DNA of 64,000 bases from Giardia intestinalis (lineage: Eukaryota): NCBI GenBank assembly GCA_000002435.2, contig CM018791.1. The stretch is one strand, 5' to 3'. The notes beneath the pieces are model-generated. The model was not told where the DNA came from. It saw nothing but the letters and a program-made list of their open reading frames with translations, and made no database searches. Positions within the stretch are counted from its first letter, which is position 1. Each line of letters starts with the position of its first letter. Position numbers and translations under genes: made by a program. Below, piece by piece: positions 1 to 12,702 of this stretch.

Positions 1-3000
1 ATCGCTTAGCCTCTGGCGCAGTATCCCGCTTATGTAGAAGTCCACCAGGCCGCTTAGATGGAAAGTCTCCATTTTAGTGTATCCAAACTGACCCAGCGAG
101 TCGTTGTGATCACACAGGAACCCCAGTGCAATGTCGTGCTCGAGTAGGGAGACATCTGCCGTCCCTCGATGAGCATCAAGCACGAAGAGATAGAAGCATG
201 TCTCCGAGGTTGTCTCTGTGATCAGAATGAAGGAGGACTCAGAGAGAATCAAATAGGGTACCATCATTGCTCGCAGCAACGGCTCTCGCCTGCGGGCGCT
301 GTCCGCAAATCTCGTGAGTAAATTCCCGCTCAATTTTTGGCGATATCCGGAGACGAGGGTTGGTCGTTGATGATATAATGACCACAGTAGTGGAAGGGAG
401 GAGCTAACTGCGTTCCTCGGCTGTTCTATGGGCGTGTGCTCGGTCTAGGTGTGCACATAGGTCCTTTTGGAGATCAGGCCGTCCTGCAGGCTCGCTGGTC
501 TACTAGGGCGTCTCTCCTTGTTCTCCCTTTACGGTGAGTGAAACTCTGGTCTTTGTTGTCATTCTCAATACTGTCCATACAGATCGGCAGCAGCTAACGG
601 GGCTTTCTCTTCTGGTTGGGATTCAACTCGGTTGTGTGTCCAGTCTTGCGCCCCCTCTCGATCGTTGTCGTCGGGTCCCAGGGATGGATTCATTCGGTTG
701 TCAGAAGTAGGATGACAGGAGACGGTCGCTCTGGGTGGCCAGGCTTTCGGCCCGGTCGCGTCTGATCAGCCCCGTCAGGTGCTCGTTCGCCTCTGCAGCC
801 ATGTGGGCGATGGCGAAGGCAGCCCGGACGGAGATCCACGTGGAGCTCCTCGAGGTGCCTCTTGGACTTGGGGTGGAGGGATCCGTCCGTCCCGTAGATG
901 ATCGGGAGCGTCCCGTCCCTGTACTTCTTGACCTTCTCGTTGTAGTAGGCATCCATCTGGCGGGGCTGGATGACGCCCACGTCCACTGCCTTGCACTTGT
1001 CGACGAGCCAGATGTCGGGCTTCTGGTTCTGGTCGCTGAGGTGGCTGTGGGTCTTGATCTCCAGCTCCGGTTGAGCTTCCCTGAGACGCGGAGGTACAGG
1101 CACGCGACGATCATGTCGTGCCTCGTGGTCCTGGTCCACGCCGTGTGGCAGCCCGGGCAAGTGCCTCTTGTCTGCGCCATGATCGAATCGCCCTTCTCCT
1201 TCAGGGCCCTTTCCTCCTCGGTCAGCACGTCGCCGCTCTGTCCGGAAGCTGGTGTGTGCGCGTGAGGAGGCGGTTGAAGTAGGCCCCTTCCCCTGCAGTG
1301 CCTGGCCGTTCACCGGCAGCTCCACCGGGTCTCTGGTCCCCTTGTTGACGTCCGGGGAGGCCCATACCCTTCGCAGCTCGTTGTGGCAGAGCCCCGGCAT
1401 GAGCAGGCCCAGGCCGCCCTTCTCCTTCGGGTACGCTAGGAAGTCGACCAGGCGATCGCAGCTTCTGTTGGTTAGTGCTGATGCCTTGTGCGACGTCTGT
1501 CGAACTCCTCGTAGTCCGCCTTGTCCGATGTTACTTCGACCAGGGGGGCGTAGTTCACCATCGGGACCACGCAGTGACAGCAGAATGAGTCTCTGGTGGA
1601 TGGTTATGGGGGCATTCTCGATCTTCTTCAGGGCAGTCTCGGCACCTGCGATGGCCTTTGGTGCGGGACTGGCTGGAGTGGGGGACACCGGGTGGTTGAG
1701 GAAGGTCACCTCCTCGCCCGCCATGGTGGACTTGCATCTGTCGCTCCTGATCGTCAGGCCCATGGCGGCAGCCTCTGCTGTGGCTTGCTGTACTATTGCG
1801 CCTGCTGGGTACCCTTCGTCGTGGAACGCCACGATGTCGTCTGCATAGGCAAGGAAGGTGATGCCCCTCTCCTTGAGGCGTCTCAGGAGGCGCTCGGTGG
1901 CCATGCAGAAGAGGAGCATGCTGAGCGGGTCGCCCTGGGGACGCCGCAGACCTCGCACTTCACGTCCCGGCTGTGCCTCAGGTCGAGGAAGTTCCTGACG
2001 TAGTCGATCAGGACCTTCGGGACGCCTGCCTCGTTCAGGGCTCTGACGACCTCTGCCCTCGGGAGCGAGTTGAGGGCGTTCTTTGTGTCGAGGGAGACGG
2101 CGTGCACCTGTCCTGCTGATGAGCTCGTGGGCCCTCCTCACGCCTACCGCGTATGCGTTCTGCTTGAAGGCGATCTGCTCGCATGAGGGGTAGTTGGCAT
2201 GCCTGACCAGCCGCTTCAGCAGGACGCGGTGGAAGATGTTCGTGACCGTCTCGCCTATCGCGATCGGGGTATTCGTCGGACTCCTTCGGGATGAGCGGTC
2301 AGCTCGTTGTACGCCTGCGTGAGGTATTTCACGAAGCTGTCGTTCTGCTTCATCGCCTTGAGCTGGACCGGCCCGAGGCCAGACACGCCTGAGGCCTTCT
2401 TGTTGAGAGTCCCAAACAGGGCCTTCCTCATTTCCTCCTCGGTTGCCACTCCAGCCCCGTCGAGTTCATCGATGGAGGGTAGTCAAGGCCAACGTAGTCT
2501 TCGGGGGGACGCACGGGTGTAGCGCGCTGAGGGGGCCTTGGCCTTCTCTGGCTTGTCTATCGTGGGTGTGTCAAGGAACAGAGGACCTGGCAGCCATTAA
2601 AGCTCAGCGCGTTGTTCACCCTGTTTGCTATCCGGCGCCTCGCCTTCTCGGGGTCTGGGTCTGCCTTGCTCTGGGACTGCTCCGTGGTGTTGTCTGGCAG
2701 AGGGGCCCTCTGGCAGCTTCCCACCAGGGCGTCTAGGCCCCTGATTGCGGGGAGCGCGACCCCAGTCCCGGCCTGCTCGATGCTCGCGATCATGCGCGCA
2801 CCCTGGTGGATGAGCATGGCAGCTGTCTGGTTCGGTATGTGGGCCGGAAGGATCAGCTTGTCGTCGCCCAGCACTCTGTGTCTGTCATCGTTTGCTTCTC
2901 TCAGGTGCTCGGTTGGTTGCTTGGCGCTCTCGCACGGTAGGCCACAGAGCCAGCGTGTGTGTCCTGCCAGAGGGCAAGCGTCTTCGGAGTGGTCTCCCAA

Positions 3001-3300
3001 GTAGAGACTCACGGCTTGCTCTCTGGGACCCAAAGGTACCATCTTGCGTTCATAATGTGGATCGGGTCCTCGCGGCTCTCCTTCGCCTCAGGTCCAGCTG
3101 TGTGCACGCCCGCGGAACAGCCGAGGAACGCAGGACCCCAGATCCACAAACGGAGGGAGCTCTTCCCTATCACCGCTGTGGCTATCGTTGCGACCCGTGG
3201 CCAACCGTCGTCTCCAGACTGGCCGGGAATTGAGTGAGGCTTGCCCGTGAGATCTCTGGACCACACCGCAGACATGCCCCAGCGGCACACCACTGGAAGC
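1..3300 (-). mobile_element. Degenerate, 5'-truncated non-LTR retrotransposon of the R2/GENIE type (GilM/GilT/GilD-like); the window starts inside or near its 3' UTR
   Basis: Minus-strand ORF fragments carry the reverse-transcriptase motifs in the right order but in three different frames. Motifs 0-2 (KKASGVSGLGP...RRIPRS) sit at about 2255-2449. Motif A (SLDTKNALNSL) sits at about 1883-2107. Motif B (RRPQGDPLSMLLF) and motif C (FLAYADDIVAF) are in the 690-2141 frame. A CCHC finger (CPGCHTAW...H...C) lies in the 701-1228 frame. A REL-endonuclease signature (KPDIWLVDK...VDVGVIQP...KKY) follows near the 3' end of the 690-2141 frame. Positions 1-690 have no ORF, consistent with a 3' UTR. Confidence 0.6.
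690..2449 (-). pseudogene. Frameshifted RT-endonuclease polyprotein remnant of the retroelement above
   Basis: The YADD, PQGDPLS, CCHC and PD-(D/E)xK-like motifs are split across at least three reading frames, so no single ORF spans the RT. Confidence 0.6.
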
Positions 3301-3450
3301 AACCGGTGGGTGGAGTAAATGACTAGTTGCTTTTTACGCGCTGCTTCTGGATGCGCGAGTCTTCAATGTATGGCACAGGCACTCTATAACTGGCTAGTGT
3401 GCCCGACTACAGGCAAGCACCGAAAAACGTCAGTAATTAAAAATCTACTA

Positions 3451-5814
3451 ATGCTGGTATTATTGTTCTTCGCCGTGCTCTCTGGCAGCCCAGACAGACG
3501 ACAGGTCTACTCCAGACAGGAGTACCTACTACGTTGCCTGTGAGGAGGATCAGCCTGATTGTGCGGAAAATAAGTGCGTTATATTCGCTCACGAGAGGCC
3601 TCTATGTACCGAATGCAAGTCTGGAAAAGTGCCTATCGACGGAGAGCGTGTGGAGCTAGCGCACCAGGCATAGCTGTGTGTGAACAAGAAGGTGTTAACG
3701 GCGGTGGAACACGCTGTAAGTCATGTGCTGGTGGAAGTGGAAGTAGGAATACTGGTGACGGTGTAGGTTATTTTCTATTTTACGGGGGCTGCTACAATAA
3801 TGATGAGTGGCCTGGTACAGACATAAGACTGTTTCAAACGGGGTGTGCACTGTTTGTGATACTGAGTATGGGGCCGTTTTTACGAATCCAGATACTACCA
3901 CCGATGAAAGGTGTATCCTATGTAGTGATACGCTATCCGGAATGGAAGGCTGTGCGACTTGTGTGTCCCTTCCTCAGAATCCTGCGCCAGACAATGCAGA
4001 AGGCGCCGCCAGTCTTCAACGTACTTCCTGCTTAGATGAGACCAAAGCCCCAATCGATGGAGTATGCGCAACCTTTGGCTCTAACAGGTACAGAAAAGAT
4101 ATTGTACTCATTGCATAGTTAGCCATACTGCGGGGCGGGTGCTCAGTAGCAGTAAGAAGGGAGCTAAAGTATGTGCTAAGGTCAACCAAATAGAGATGGG
4201 TGGCTATTCTGCTTGTAAGCAGTGCACCAACACCAGTGAGGCCCACACAATGGAAACTGTAGGCAGGTAAGTATTTTACATAGCTGCCAAAAGGATAGCT
4301 CAGCAGGAATGTGCGCAGCTTGCAACCAGCATTTCTATGGCCGCCCTGTCTTCCTGTACAAGGGCGGCTGCTACGTCATCACTGACCCCCTTGGAGACAC
4401 CATATGTAAAAAGACGTTCAACGGTAAATGTACTATTTGCAATGAGGACCAAGGGTACTTCATGAAGGATTCGGCATGTACCAGATGCGATGGATTTGTC
4501 CCCGGTTGCGCTGTATGCACCCCTAGCCCTGATGCCTCCGGTGCTCCTGTGTGTGCCAGCTGCAAGGCCGGCAAATATGCAACTGTAGACGTGCTTCCTG
4601 CGTCGACTCATGTCCATCGGGTGGCTCAGGTAGCTGTGATAAAAATAATGTCTGTAGCTGTAAGTGCAGTACAGGAACCTACTTGGATGCCGCCACAAGT
4701 ACACATAGCACATGCAATTAAGCCTGTACGGGTCCTGAGGTTGAGAAATGCACGTCCTGTGTCTCAAGAAAATATCTCAAGCGTGATGCATCTGGTGCCA
4801 TTAAACGTGTAGATTCTGTTGACTGTGGTGAGGGGTATTATGCAGATAGTGCCACTAACATTTGTCCTTTGTGTGGTATTGACAAGTGCCAGACGTGTGC
4901 TTCTGATAGTGGTGTGGTCAAGTGTATGAAGTGCCTTTCTGGGTATCTTTTCATCGATGGCCTTTCATGTCGGTCCCAGTGCGATAAGCCGAATCAACAG
5001 GCAGATGCCAGTGACGAACCTGTTTGCGAATGCATTACAGGGGCTTATCTGGAAGGCAGTGTCCAGTGCGACTCAGCATGTTTGGAGCGGGTCCAGGGTC
5101 TGATCACTGCACAAAGTGTTCTTCGGGAAAGTACACCAAAGTGGACGACTCTGGAACGGTTACATGTGTCGACGCGTCTGACTGTGGCGATGGATACTAT
5201 GCGGATCCAGAAGAGCTCCAGTGTGCCACGTGTGGAATTGAGAGCTGTCAAGCATGCACTTCTAAGGATAACAACCTCGTGTGCACACGGTGCTCCCCCG
5301 GACTTGTCTCCGTCGATGGCTTCTCTGCCTGCTCACATGCACGGAGCTGAATCAGAGAGAGGAGGATGGAAGGTGCGTCTGTGCAGAGGGCTTCGAGCCC
5401 AGCAGTGACGGCGCATGCATAGCTAGGAACACCTGCCCGTCAGACGCCACGGGGTGCTCGAGTTGTAACATAGATGGCGAGTGCCTCTCATGTGCAGACA
5501 GCAGCCACAATGTCCAGCCGAGCAAGAGATCCTGCGCCTCAGGCTGTCCAAGCGGATCAGAATCAGTCGGCTCTCTCTGCATATGCATGGAGGGGTACAC
5601 CCTCAGGGGTGACACATGCGTCTCTCAGACCAGGAAGGCCAGCTCCAGCTCCACGACGGTCACCGTGGCAGTCGTTGTCTCCCTTCTCATCATAGCGGCC
5701 GTCGCCCTCACGTGCTGGTTCGTCCTGCGGAGGCGGAGAGAATCGAGGGCAGCTTTGAAGAAAAGGGTGACAGCTGAGAACATGAAGCTCGTGGGGACGG
5801 TGGACGAGTTCTAG
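3451..5814 (+). pseudogene. High-cysteine membrane protein (HCMP/VSP-like) pseudogene with multiple frameshifts
   Basis: ATG at 3451 follows an AT-rich stretch (cagtaattaaaaatctacta) and opens a signal peptide (MLVLLFFAVLSGS). The gene then runs as CXXC- and GGCY-rich fragments in frames 1, 0, 1, 0, 2, 1 (ORFs 3574-4035, 3807-4118, 4309-4812, 4869-5408, 5024-5350, 5281-5814). It ends with a transmembrane helix (VAVVVSLLIIAAVALTCWFVL) plus a long basic tail (RRRRESRAALKK...VDEF), which is HCMP-type and not CRGKA. Confidence 0.55.
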
Positions 5815-7465
5815 CTCTGCGGCTGGCGGGCCATAGCTCATAACGAGTGAATGCTCAGTGATCCATAACGATCCCAAGCAACCGCCTGGACTAGCAGATG
5901 CTTGGCTCCTGTGTGTATGCCTTCTGAGCCATCGGGTTGGGGCAGACTCAGTCCCAGAAGCAGAGGGCGCCGGTCAGTGGAGAAGACCCCACAGGCCTGT
6001 TCAGCCCAGACGGTGTGTGCGAAGCGCCGCCTCAGGTCAGGTCATCCCGATGCTCCGCCACACTCCAGGGAATCGTGTTCACCCCCACGGCGACAAGACT
6101 GGGGTGTAGCAGAGCTGTGGTGTCATCCTAGCTGCCCCGAGAATAGTACGCGCCCCTGCTCTCATGCCCTCCTCCCCATTATGCGTGCCATAGGGATGCC
6201 TGCCTCGCTAGGTTCTGGGGCCCCAGCACGCCTCATCCCCCATCGTGACACCTTACCTGGCAACACGCACTGTGCTGTAGACTCTACGGTGGACCGTCGA
6301 GCTGCCACCTGCGATTGATTGCGGTGTCTTAGGAGGTCGATAGCCAGGCTCCCCGCACGGTGGCCTATCTCAGTGAGCGCTCGCAGAAGCCACAGAGCCG
6401 CTGGGGACGGCCTAGCTGGCCCAGAGCATCGACTCCCGTCAGAATCAATAAATAATGCGCAGGACGAGGAGCTCAGCTTTCGGCGTCTCGACCCCATCGG
6501 ATGGCCCTGCAGTCTTTGTGGGAGTGGGCTGCCCTGCTGCGTAGCAATGCCACGCCTTCGCGTAGAGTTGACCCAGACTGAACCTCACGTGCTGGGGTCC
6601 ACACAGGATGCTTGACCTTGCCTGATGCTGGGCTGTGTTTCTTCAATCGGGGAGGAACAGACGAGCCTTGCAGGCAGTGATGGGGTGTGCCAACGACCCT
6701 GATCTCGGTGAGCGACGTGCGGTGCATGCAAGTGTGGGCTCAGACCATGGGTGGTGCTGTCCTGGCCTTGTTCAGTCGCCCCACACAGGCCCAGAGGTCT
6801 CACTTGGACGCAGCAGAGCGAGGATGCGGCCCCCGCTCTGTTGCCGCGCTGTTGATCGGGAAAGCCGTTATCTATTCCTAAGAGGCTCTCCATCGGTGTC
6901 AGTGTCGACGTCTCCCACTCCAGTTGATATGCACACTGGCTAGGGAGATGCGATAAAGGACCTCTGACCCTTGTAGCGCTGCGATTGTGGCTCGCAGGTC
7001 GGGGGTAGCGGAGCTTGTGGAACTGTTCCTCGGTATCGGGTTCACACTGAGTAAGCGTGAGGCACGCAACGAATGCCCCGATAGCACCAAGGGATGAATG
7101 CCGCCACCATGGACAACACGTCGAAGTACCTGGCTTTTTCACCCATTGGAACACATTTAGCATGGTGCCCATAGCCAGTAGCTCAAGGGCCACAAGCGAC
7201 TGGCACGCTATGATAATGACACTGTGCACATGAGCAGGCACGGAGCCAGTAACAGCCCGTCGCTAGCTAAGACCAAACGAGAACGGGGCTTCTGCACTTT
7301 TAACTTATGTTATTGAGATGTGACACACCAAGCTTGCTCTCGGACCAACAAGGCTGGTATCAGCGCCTCATGACAGTGAAACAGAGCACGCGCTAGTAGT
7401 ATCCAGCATGCGGACCCAAAGGTCTTTTGGCGTATGTGCTGTTAATAGGATAATAATTTCTCTGC

Positions 7466-8977
7466 ATGAGGGTGTTATTACTTGTCTCTGCCATTTTATC
7501 ATGCGAACTGAATACGCCCTTCGCCGAGGAGCCCAGTCGCGGAATGGGGGTCCGCTTCACCCGACGCGGACTGGAGAAGTTCTGCCAGAAGGGCTACTCT
7601 ATCATTCCTGACGTTATCTCTGCTCTTCCAGCGTTTCCAGAGATACCCATAACTGTCGGGTCTTTGAAGCTTACCCTCTCCAATATCAGGCCCCGTGCAG
7701 TGCGCGTCTCGACCATGAAGGTTCATTTGCAGGACAACAACTTTGTCAAGATGGAGGCCCGGGACGGCATCATGCAGATCTCGATGCGGCTTAAAACTAC
7801 CATCACTGGGATCACCGGGACCGTCGACTGCATCTTCACCCTCAAGGGCTTCGGGGCAGACATCTCTCTGAGGCTCGGAGACGACCCCACCTGCCCCTAC
7901 CACTTCGGGCTCTCCGAGATATCGAACGTCGTGTACTCGTCTGGGCTCGACATCGATGCGATCGGACTCGACACAGGCGGGTCTGTCCTTGCAACTGCCA
8001 TCCAGGGCATGGCGCCCACGTTGGAGGATTTGATGAAGAACACCGTGTTGCAACTCCTCTTTAACACAATCTTCAATTCAATAAAGCAGTCAATGCTCAA
8101 CCTGCCCTTAGTTGTCCAGATCGGTGATGACTATCTGACTGACCAGCGCTACATCAACGGCATCAATGTCGTCGATAACAAGATAGTGGCAGACCAGGGT
8201 GGGTTTTCAATGATCGCTACTATCCCAGATTGGTCGGTCAGAGCTCTCTATCCAAACAAGATCACCTCTCCCCCTCCGAAGACAGTCTACACCGACAGGG
8301 ACTATGAGTTCTATGTAGACAGGGAATCAGTTAACTCCTACCTGTATGCCTGGCACGTGGCGTATGACAAGTTCAAGGCAGACGGTCTCACTGTCCCGTA
8401 CAGCACCATCAGGGCGCAGAACATACCCGGCCTTGCAGAGGCTCTTGTGAAGGCCGGACTACTAAGCACTGTTAACGACCTTGGACTCGGGGTCACCCTG
8501 ACCCTGTCTGTCAGTCCCTCCAAGGATGCCGCACCCCACATACCGTGGATCGGGGCGGCTGCACTACCGGTCAACCTCACGGGGGCACTCGTTGTGACAG
8601 CTAGCAAGGTATCAGACCAAACCCCTGTAACTCTGGCCAACCTTGAGGGCGACGTGCTCTTCTCTTCTGCGCTCAAGCTTAAGAAGTTTACCTATGGATT
8701 TAACAACGACCAAGTTCGTGCATATGTAGAGCTTCTTGGAGTGCACGATATCGCCACCAAGAAGCACAGCGAAGGGATGAACGACCCTGTTCCCCTACTG
8801 AAGCGTCTTCTTCTAGATAAGTACCTCCCCCTTGTTAACCCGATTCTGGCCGAGACAGGAGTGGCCCTCATGAACGGGAACTTCATCGACTATGCCACTG
8901 TCGACGTCATTTATCTGTGCAGCGAGGATCGCGTACTTTTCGTTGCCGACATTGAGAAGAACCAGTACTTTGCTTGA
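7466..8977 (+). CDS. Secreted BPI/LBP/CETP-family (lipid-binding) protein-like
   Basis: ATG start and an N-terminal signal peptide (MRVLLLVSAILSC). The start of the mature protein (GVRFTRRGLEKFCQKG...) resembles the beginning of the BPI N-terminal barrel (GVVVRISQKGLDYASQQG). Later segments (LEDLMKNTVLQLLFNTIFNSIKQSMLNLPLVVQI) resemble the BPI central region. The family call rests on these motifs only. Confidence 0.5.
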   Translation: MRVLLLVSAILSCELNTPFAEEPSRGMGVRFTRRGLEKFCQKGYSIIPDVISALPAFPEIPITVGSLKLTLSNIRPRAVRVSTMKVHLQDNNFVKMEARDGIMQISMRLKTTITGITGTVDCIFTLKGFGADISLRLGDDPTCPYHFGLSEISNVVYSSGLDIDAIGLDTGGSVLATAIQGMAPTLEDLMKNTVLQLLFNTIFNSIKQSMLNLPLVVQIGDDYLTDQRYINGINVVDNKIVADQGGFSMIATIPDWSVRALYPNKITSPPPKTVYTDRDYEFYVDRESVNSYLYAWHVAYDKFKADGLTVPYSTIRAQNIPGLAEALVKAGLLSTVNDLGLGVTLTLSVSPSKDAAPHIPWIGAAALPVNLTGALVVTASKVSDQTPVTLANLEGDVLFSSALKLKKFTYGFNNDQVRAYVELLGVHDIATKKHSEGMNDPVPLLKRLLLDKYLPLVNPILAETGVALMNGNFIDYATVDVIYLCSEDRVLFVADIEKNQYFA

Positions 8978-11900
8978 ATGCTGTACCACAGACTATCTAC
9001 TCGTGCGGACCGGGGCTATGCCGTACTAGTAGTCCTACTCGGACGAGGGGCGTCACTCTCAATCCAATATTCAGATATAAGCACTTGTGTACACTCCTAA
9101 CCAGTATGCTAGTCATAATAGTAGCTGTCTGATTATCAATATGATGCGCTAATTGACTGCATAAGCGAGGGCTACAATTGCTGCTCTGATAGCGGTTATA
9201 GATAGGATGCTCCGACAGATACACATCTAGCGGGCTTGACTATCCAGCATTACTGAGACTCCAGGATACGGAGCAGATCCATACAGAGACACGCCCACTA
9301 CGTGCTATGTGCTGTGTTGCCGGATATCCTGCCTGTGGATATGACCCACGACTTCACGAGTAAACTCACGGAACTTTGGCTATGTCTGAAAATAGAGGCA
9401 TGCCTTTATGAAAAAGTTGGTTGCTATTACATTGTGGGCCTGTTCTCCTGTCCCCGTCACTGTTGTAGGGCTCCTTATTAACGACTCCCGCCGGCTAGAA
9501 GCAGATCGCACCGGGTGACGGGTCCAGTCCATCCCACAGGTCAGCTCGTCGGTACTCATTTCGTGGTACGTGTACGCGTTGACTGCTCGGCTACCTAGCT
9601 TGTAATGACGATACTGAAGGGGAGCTCAACTCTAACAGAAGCTTTCTCTGTCTCCGGGCCAGATGAGCAGCACAAGGACTGCCAGCCGGCTCAACCTCAA
9701 GGCGGCGTAACATCTCCTAAGCACACCCCTTGTAGTTGTAGCAGAATACACGAGAAGCGAGAAAACCCGGGAGACTATATCCTCACAAGGGGATGCACTA
9801 GCCAATGGCTTGCACAAGGCTAATTTGTTTTGCAAACTAGCAGACCACTACTCAGGGGCACACAGGGTTGTGAAGTCACTAATATCCCTTTGACTAACTG
9901 CAAAAACTACTGGAGCCTCTCTACGCCACGGTAGGGGTTAGCAGGTCTGTGGAAGGCGCGAGACTTAGCTATCTGCGTTTAGACGAGATCCGATCCTTGC
10001 CTTGTGTCGCCTAAGAAGTCAGGGCTCTACCCGACGGCGGACATAGTTTAGAGACTAACCGACACACTAGAAACGACGGATATAAAAAGTTTGCAATATG
10101 ACAAGTGGTACGGATCGCGACACAGCCTTTCTCTGCCTTGGACAGGCGCGTCTGGGAGTAGGACAGGCGCGGACATCTTGCCATGGCCTAGCTGGCGGGT
10201 GCCTGGGCATGTTCAGTGATATAGACCACTCTCGCAGTGTGTGTAGATGCGTCGGTACTGCGTAAGAGTGGCGCACAAAGACGGTAATCTGCTATGAAAA
10301 TCCGCCAATCCATCCACCGTAATAAGCACGGGCTAGTTGAAGATCTGCTGGACCATCTTTACAGGCACCGCCTTCAGCAAGTGGCCTTTTCTGGACCAAG
10401 AGCGTGACAGGCCCTTTGTCCTTGGCCCCTTCTGTCCGCCTGCAGCGCTTTCGTGACCCGGCTAAGGGGAGCAAGCTGTGCACCCTTTACCAGGGAGCGA
10501 TGAGCTGAGCATCAGACAGTCAACTGTAGATGTTTCTGTAGCCCTTGTTCTCATTACTCTGTAGAGGGTTACCACACACCTTTTCTACTCTGTGCAGGAT
10601 GGCGCTCCGGCGCACATGAGGTAGCATGGAGATGCACCAGAACAACTGGCAGTCTTCGAAGCGTAGTGCTAACCAGTCAACGCTGCTGTCTATTCTGGCC
10701 TTCCACAATGGAGAAGGGGCCAGAGCAGAGCCAAGGGAAGCTAACCTTTGACCCTTTGCCCTGGCGTCGGCAACCAGAAGGACCAACAAGGGAGCGCCCT
10801 ACTGAGCTCTTAGGCATATTAATGTGAAGGAATATCTGGACCGCTGATTTGGGTGGACGGCTAGATGAGCCCTCGGAACCAAGTTGCATCATGCATCAGG
10901 GTGTGCGGCGGCAGGCTGATAAGACTCGGGGCAAGCATGCGCAACAAAAACCTCGAAGGCTTAAACGGCATAGACCCTGACACACGATAATGCCCTACTT
11001 TATCTTTTGGCTTTTCGGGCCTCGGAGAGATAGCGACAGGATAGCAGTCAGCCACATGCCTTTCATAGATACATACTGCAGTACTTACAAGTGTCTGATC
11101 CTAACATTTAGTGGCCTATCACGCGAGCGGACGCCAGCCCCTGTCTCCACGGTACCTACACTAATGAGCTCTTCTCCGAGCATAGTAGCAGTGATGATTT
11201 CATCGATGCCTTGCTACTGTGTGCACTTCTACAGCTCTTAAGGAGATGACAGCCGCTGAATGTACGCATCCATATTACCTCTACACACTGTTCTTCAAGG
11301 CTCATCTGCACTCTTTGGGCTCCTACTCATCCCTTGGCCCTTTGGTCTGCAATTGCTTGTCTCGTGGTTATTCGAATCTTTATTGTCTGCTACGGCGATC
11401 TTGGATTGCCGCATACATTGCACGCCTGACAGATTCCTTTAGGATTGACAACGCAAGGCTCTGGCTCCTAGATCGTAAGTAGGCACGATCATTGATTACC
11501 TGTGTGGATGCTAGCTCGTACCATCGCAGCTGCTTCTGTAATGAATTACCTCGGGCGGTGGATCGACAGCATTGACGCACAGCTCACTGTGCCACTGTGC
11601 ACTTTGTAATCTCATGGTGGCTAATATTTAATGTTAGAGGATCTCCAAGTCAGATACAAGACGATGATTTTGTAGTGCCGTAGTGTCGTTCGGATGCAAC
11701 AGAGCGCAAAGGCCAGCCCATATCGAGGTCGAGACCGAGAGCAATCAAATAGCAGCCAGGAGATTCACTGCGCATTCCTGTCGCCTTTTGCCAAGATGGA
11801 GTGCCAAGTGGGCCCACGAACAGGGGCTGTCGGACTGTTCTTTGCTCGCTGCCCTCTAGTTAGCCCTAGGCTTCAAGGTTCGGGGTATTCTTCTGCCATA

Positions 11901-12702
11901 TGAGATTCAGCATGTAACTTAGAGCACTCTGTTACTGGCCGAGTGTTCAGGGTCTTGTTGTACCGCGATATCCAGGATCTCAGGACATACGTCCAGGAGT
12001 GAGGACCCGAGTAATAATGGCAGGCTGAGTAAGAACAGACTTCACCCGCACATTGGGCGCCGACAGCTTGCCGGTTCCTCAAAGGAAATTTATCAGCTAT
12101 CCAGTACACAATCGTCCATTCGCACTCTGGGGAACGCAGCATTCTGTTTGGTTGTTCACCATAGGGTCGGTTGTATGGAGCCCATGATCAGCAGGCGGAT
12201 GAGCCTCCTCATCATCCTGGCTAGCTAGGGACGATTCTTTGGCGCTAAAGGTCACAAAGGGACGAACGAGTGCCAGCGAGCAAGAACATCAGAATGTGCT
12301 ACAGCTGCTTTTATGGGACTCGTACCCTCAAGGAGGCATGCTTGTCTCTGCTCTGGCCTACCAAGCTAGATCATGGCCACTGTGCCTCTTAGGATACGAC
12401 ACGTTACAGCACTTGCTTACCCAGATGATGCTGCACAAAAAGTTGTATTATCGACTGATGCCTCGCGTTGGTCATTCATCAAGCCCGGGGGCCATGGAGA
12501 GGGCCACATAACCAGCAAGGTCTAGTCCCATCAAACCTTCTTGTTACATGATACAGAGTGCAGTGAACAGGGGAGTAGGAACCTCTCAGGATTGTGGCAC
12601 TTAGGGTTCTACCACCCAGCCGTGCCACATGGATGTCAAGGGTCAGCCAAAATCACCCTGCTTAAGGATTTATTTTTGTACTTCTCATTGACTACAGACA
12701 CA

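Noticed and set aside
3451-5814. Reading the fragmented HCMP as several small cysteine-rich genes
   Set aside because: The fragments share one promoter and signal peptide at the 5' end and one transmembrane tail at the 3' end, and they join end-to-end. A single frameshifted gene is the simpler explanation.
6585-7241. A 218-aa minus-strand ORF and several 80-140-aa ORFs between 5.8 and 7.4 kb
   Set aside because: There is no recognisable domain, they overlap ORFs in other frames, the GC content is elevated, and there is no AT-rich promoter context. They were treated as non-coding or eroded sequence and are discussed above as an ORF-poor stretch.
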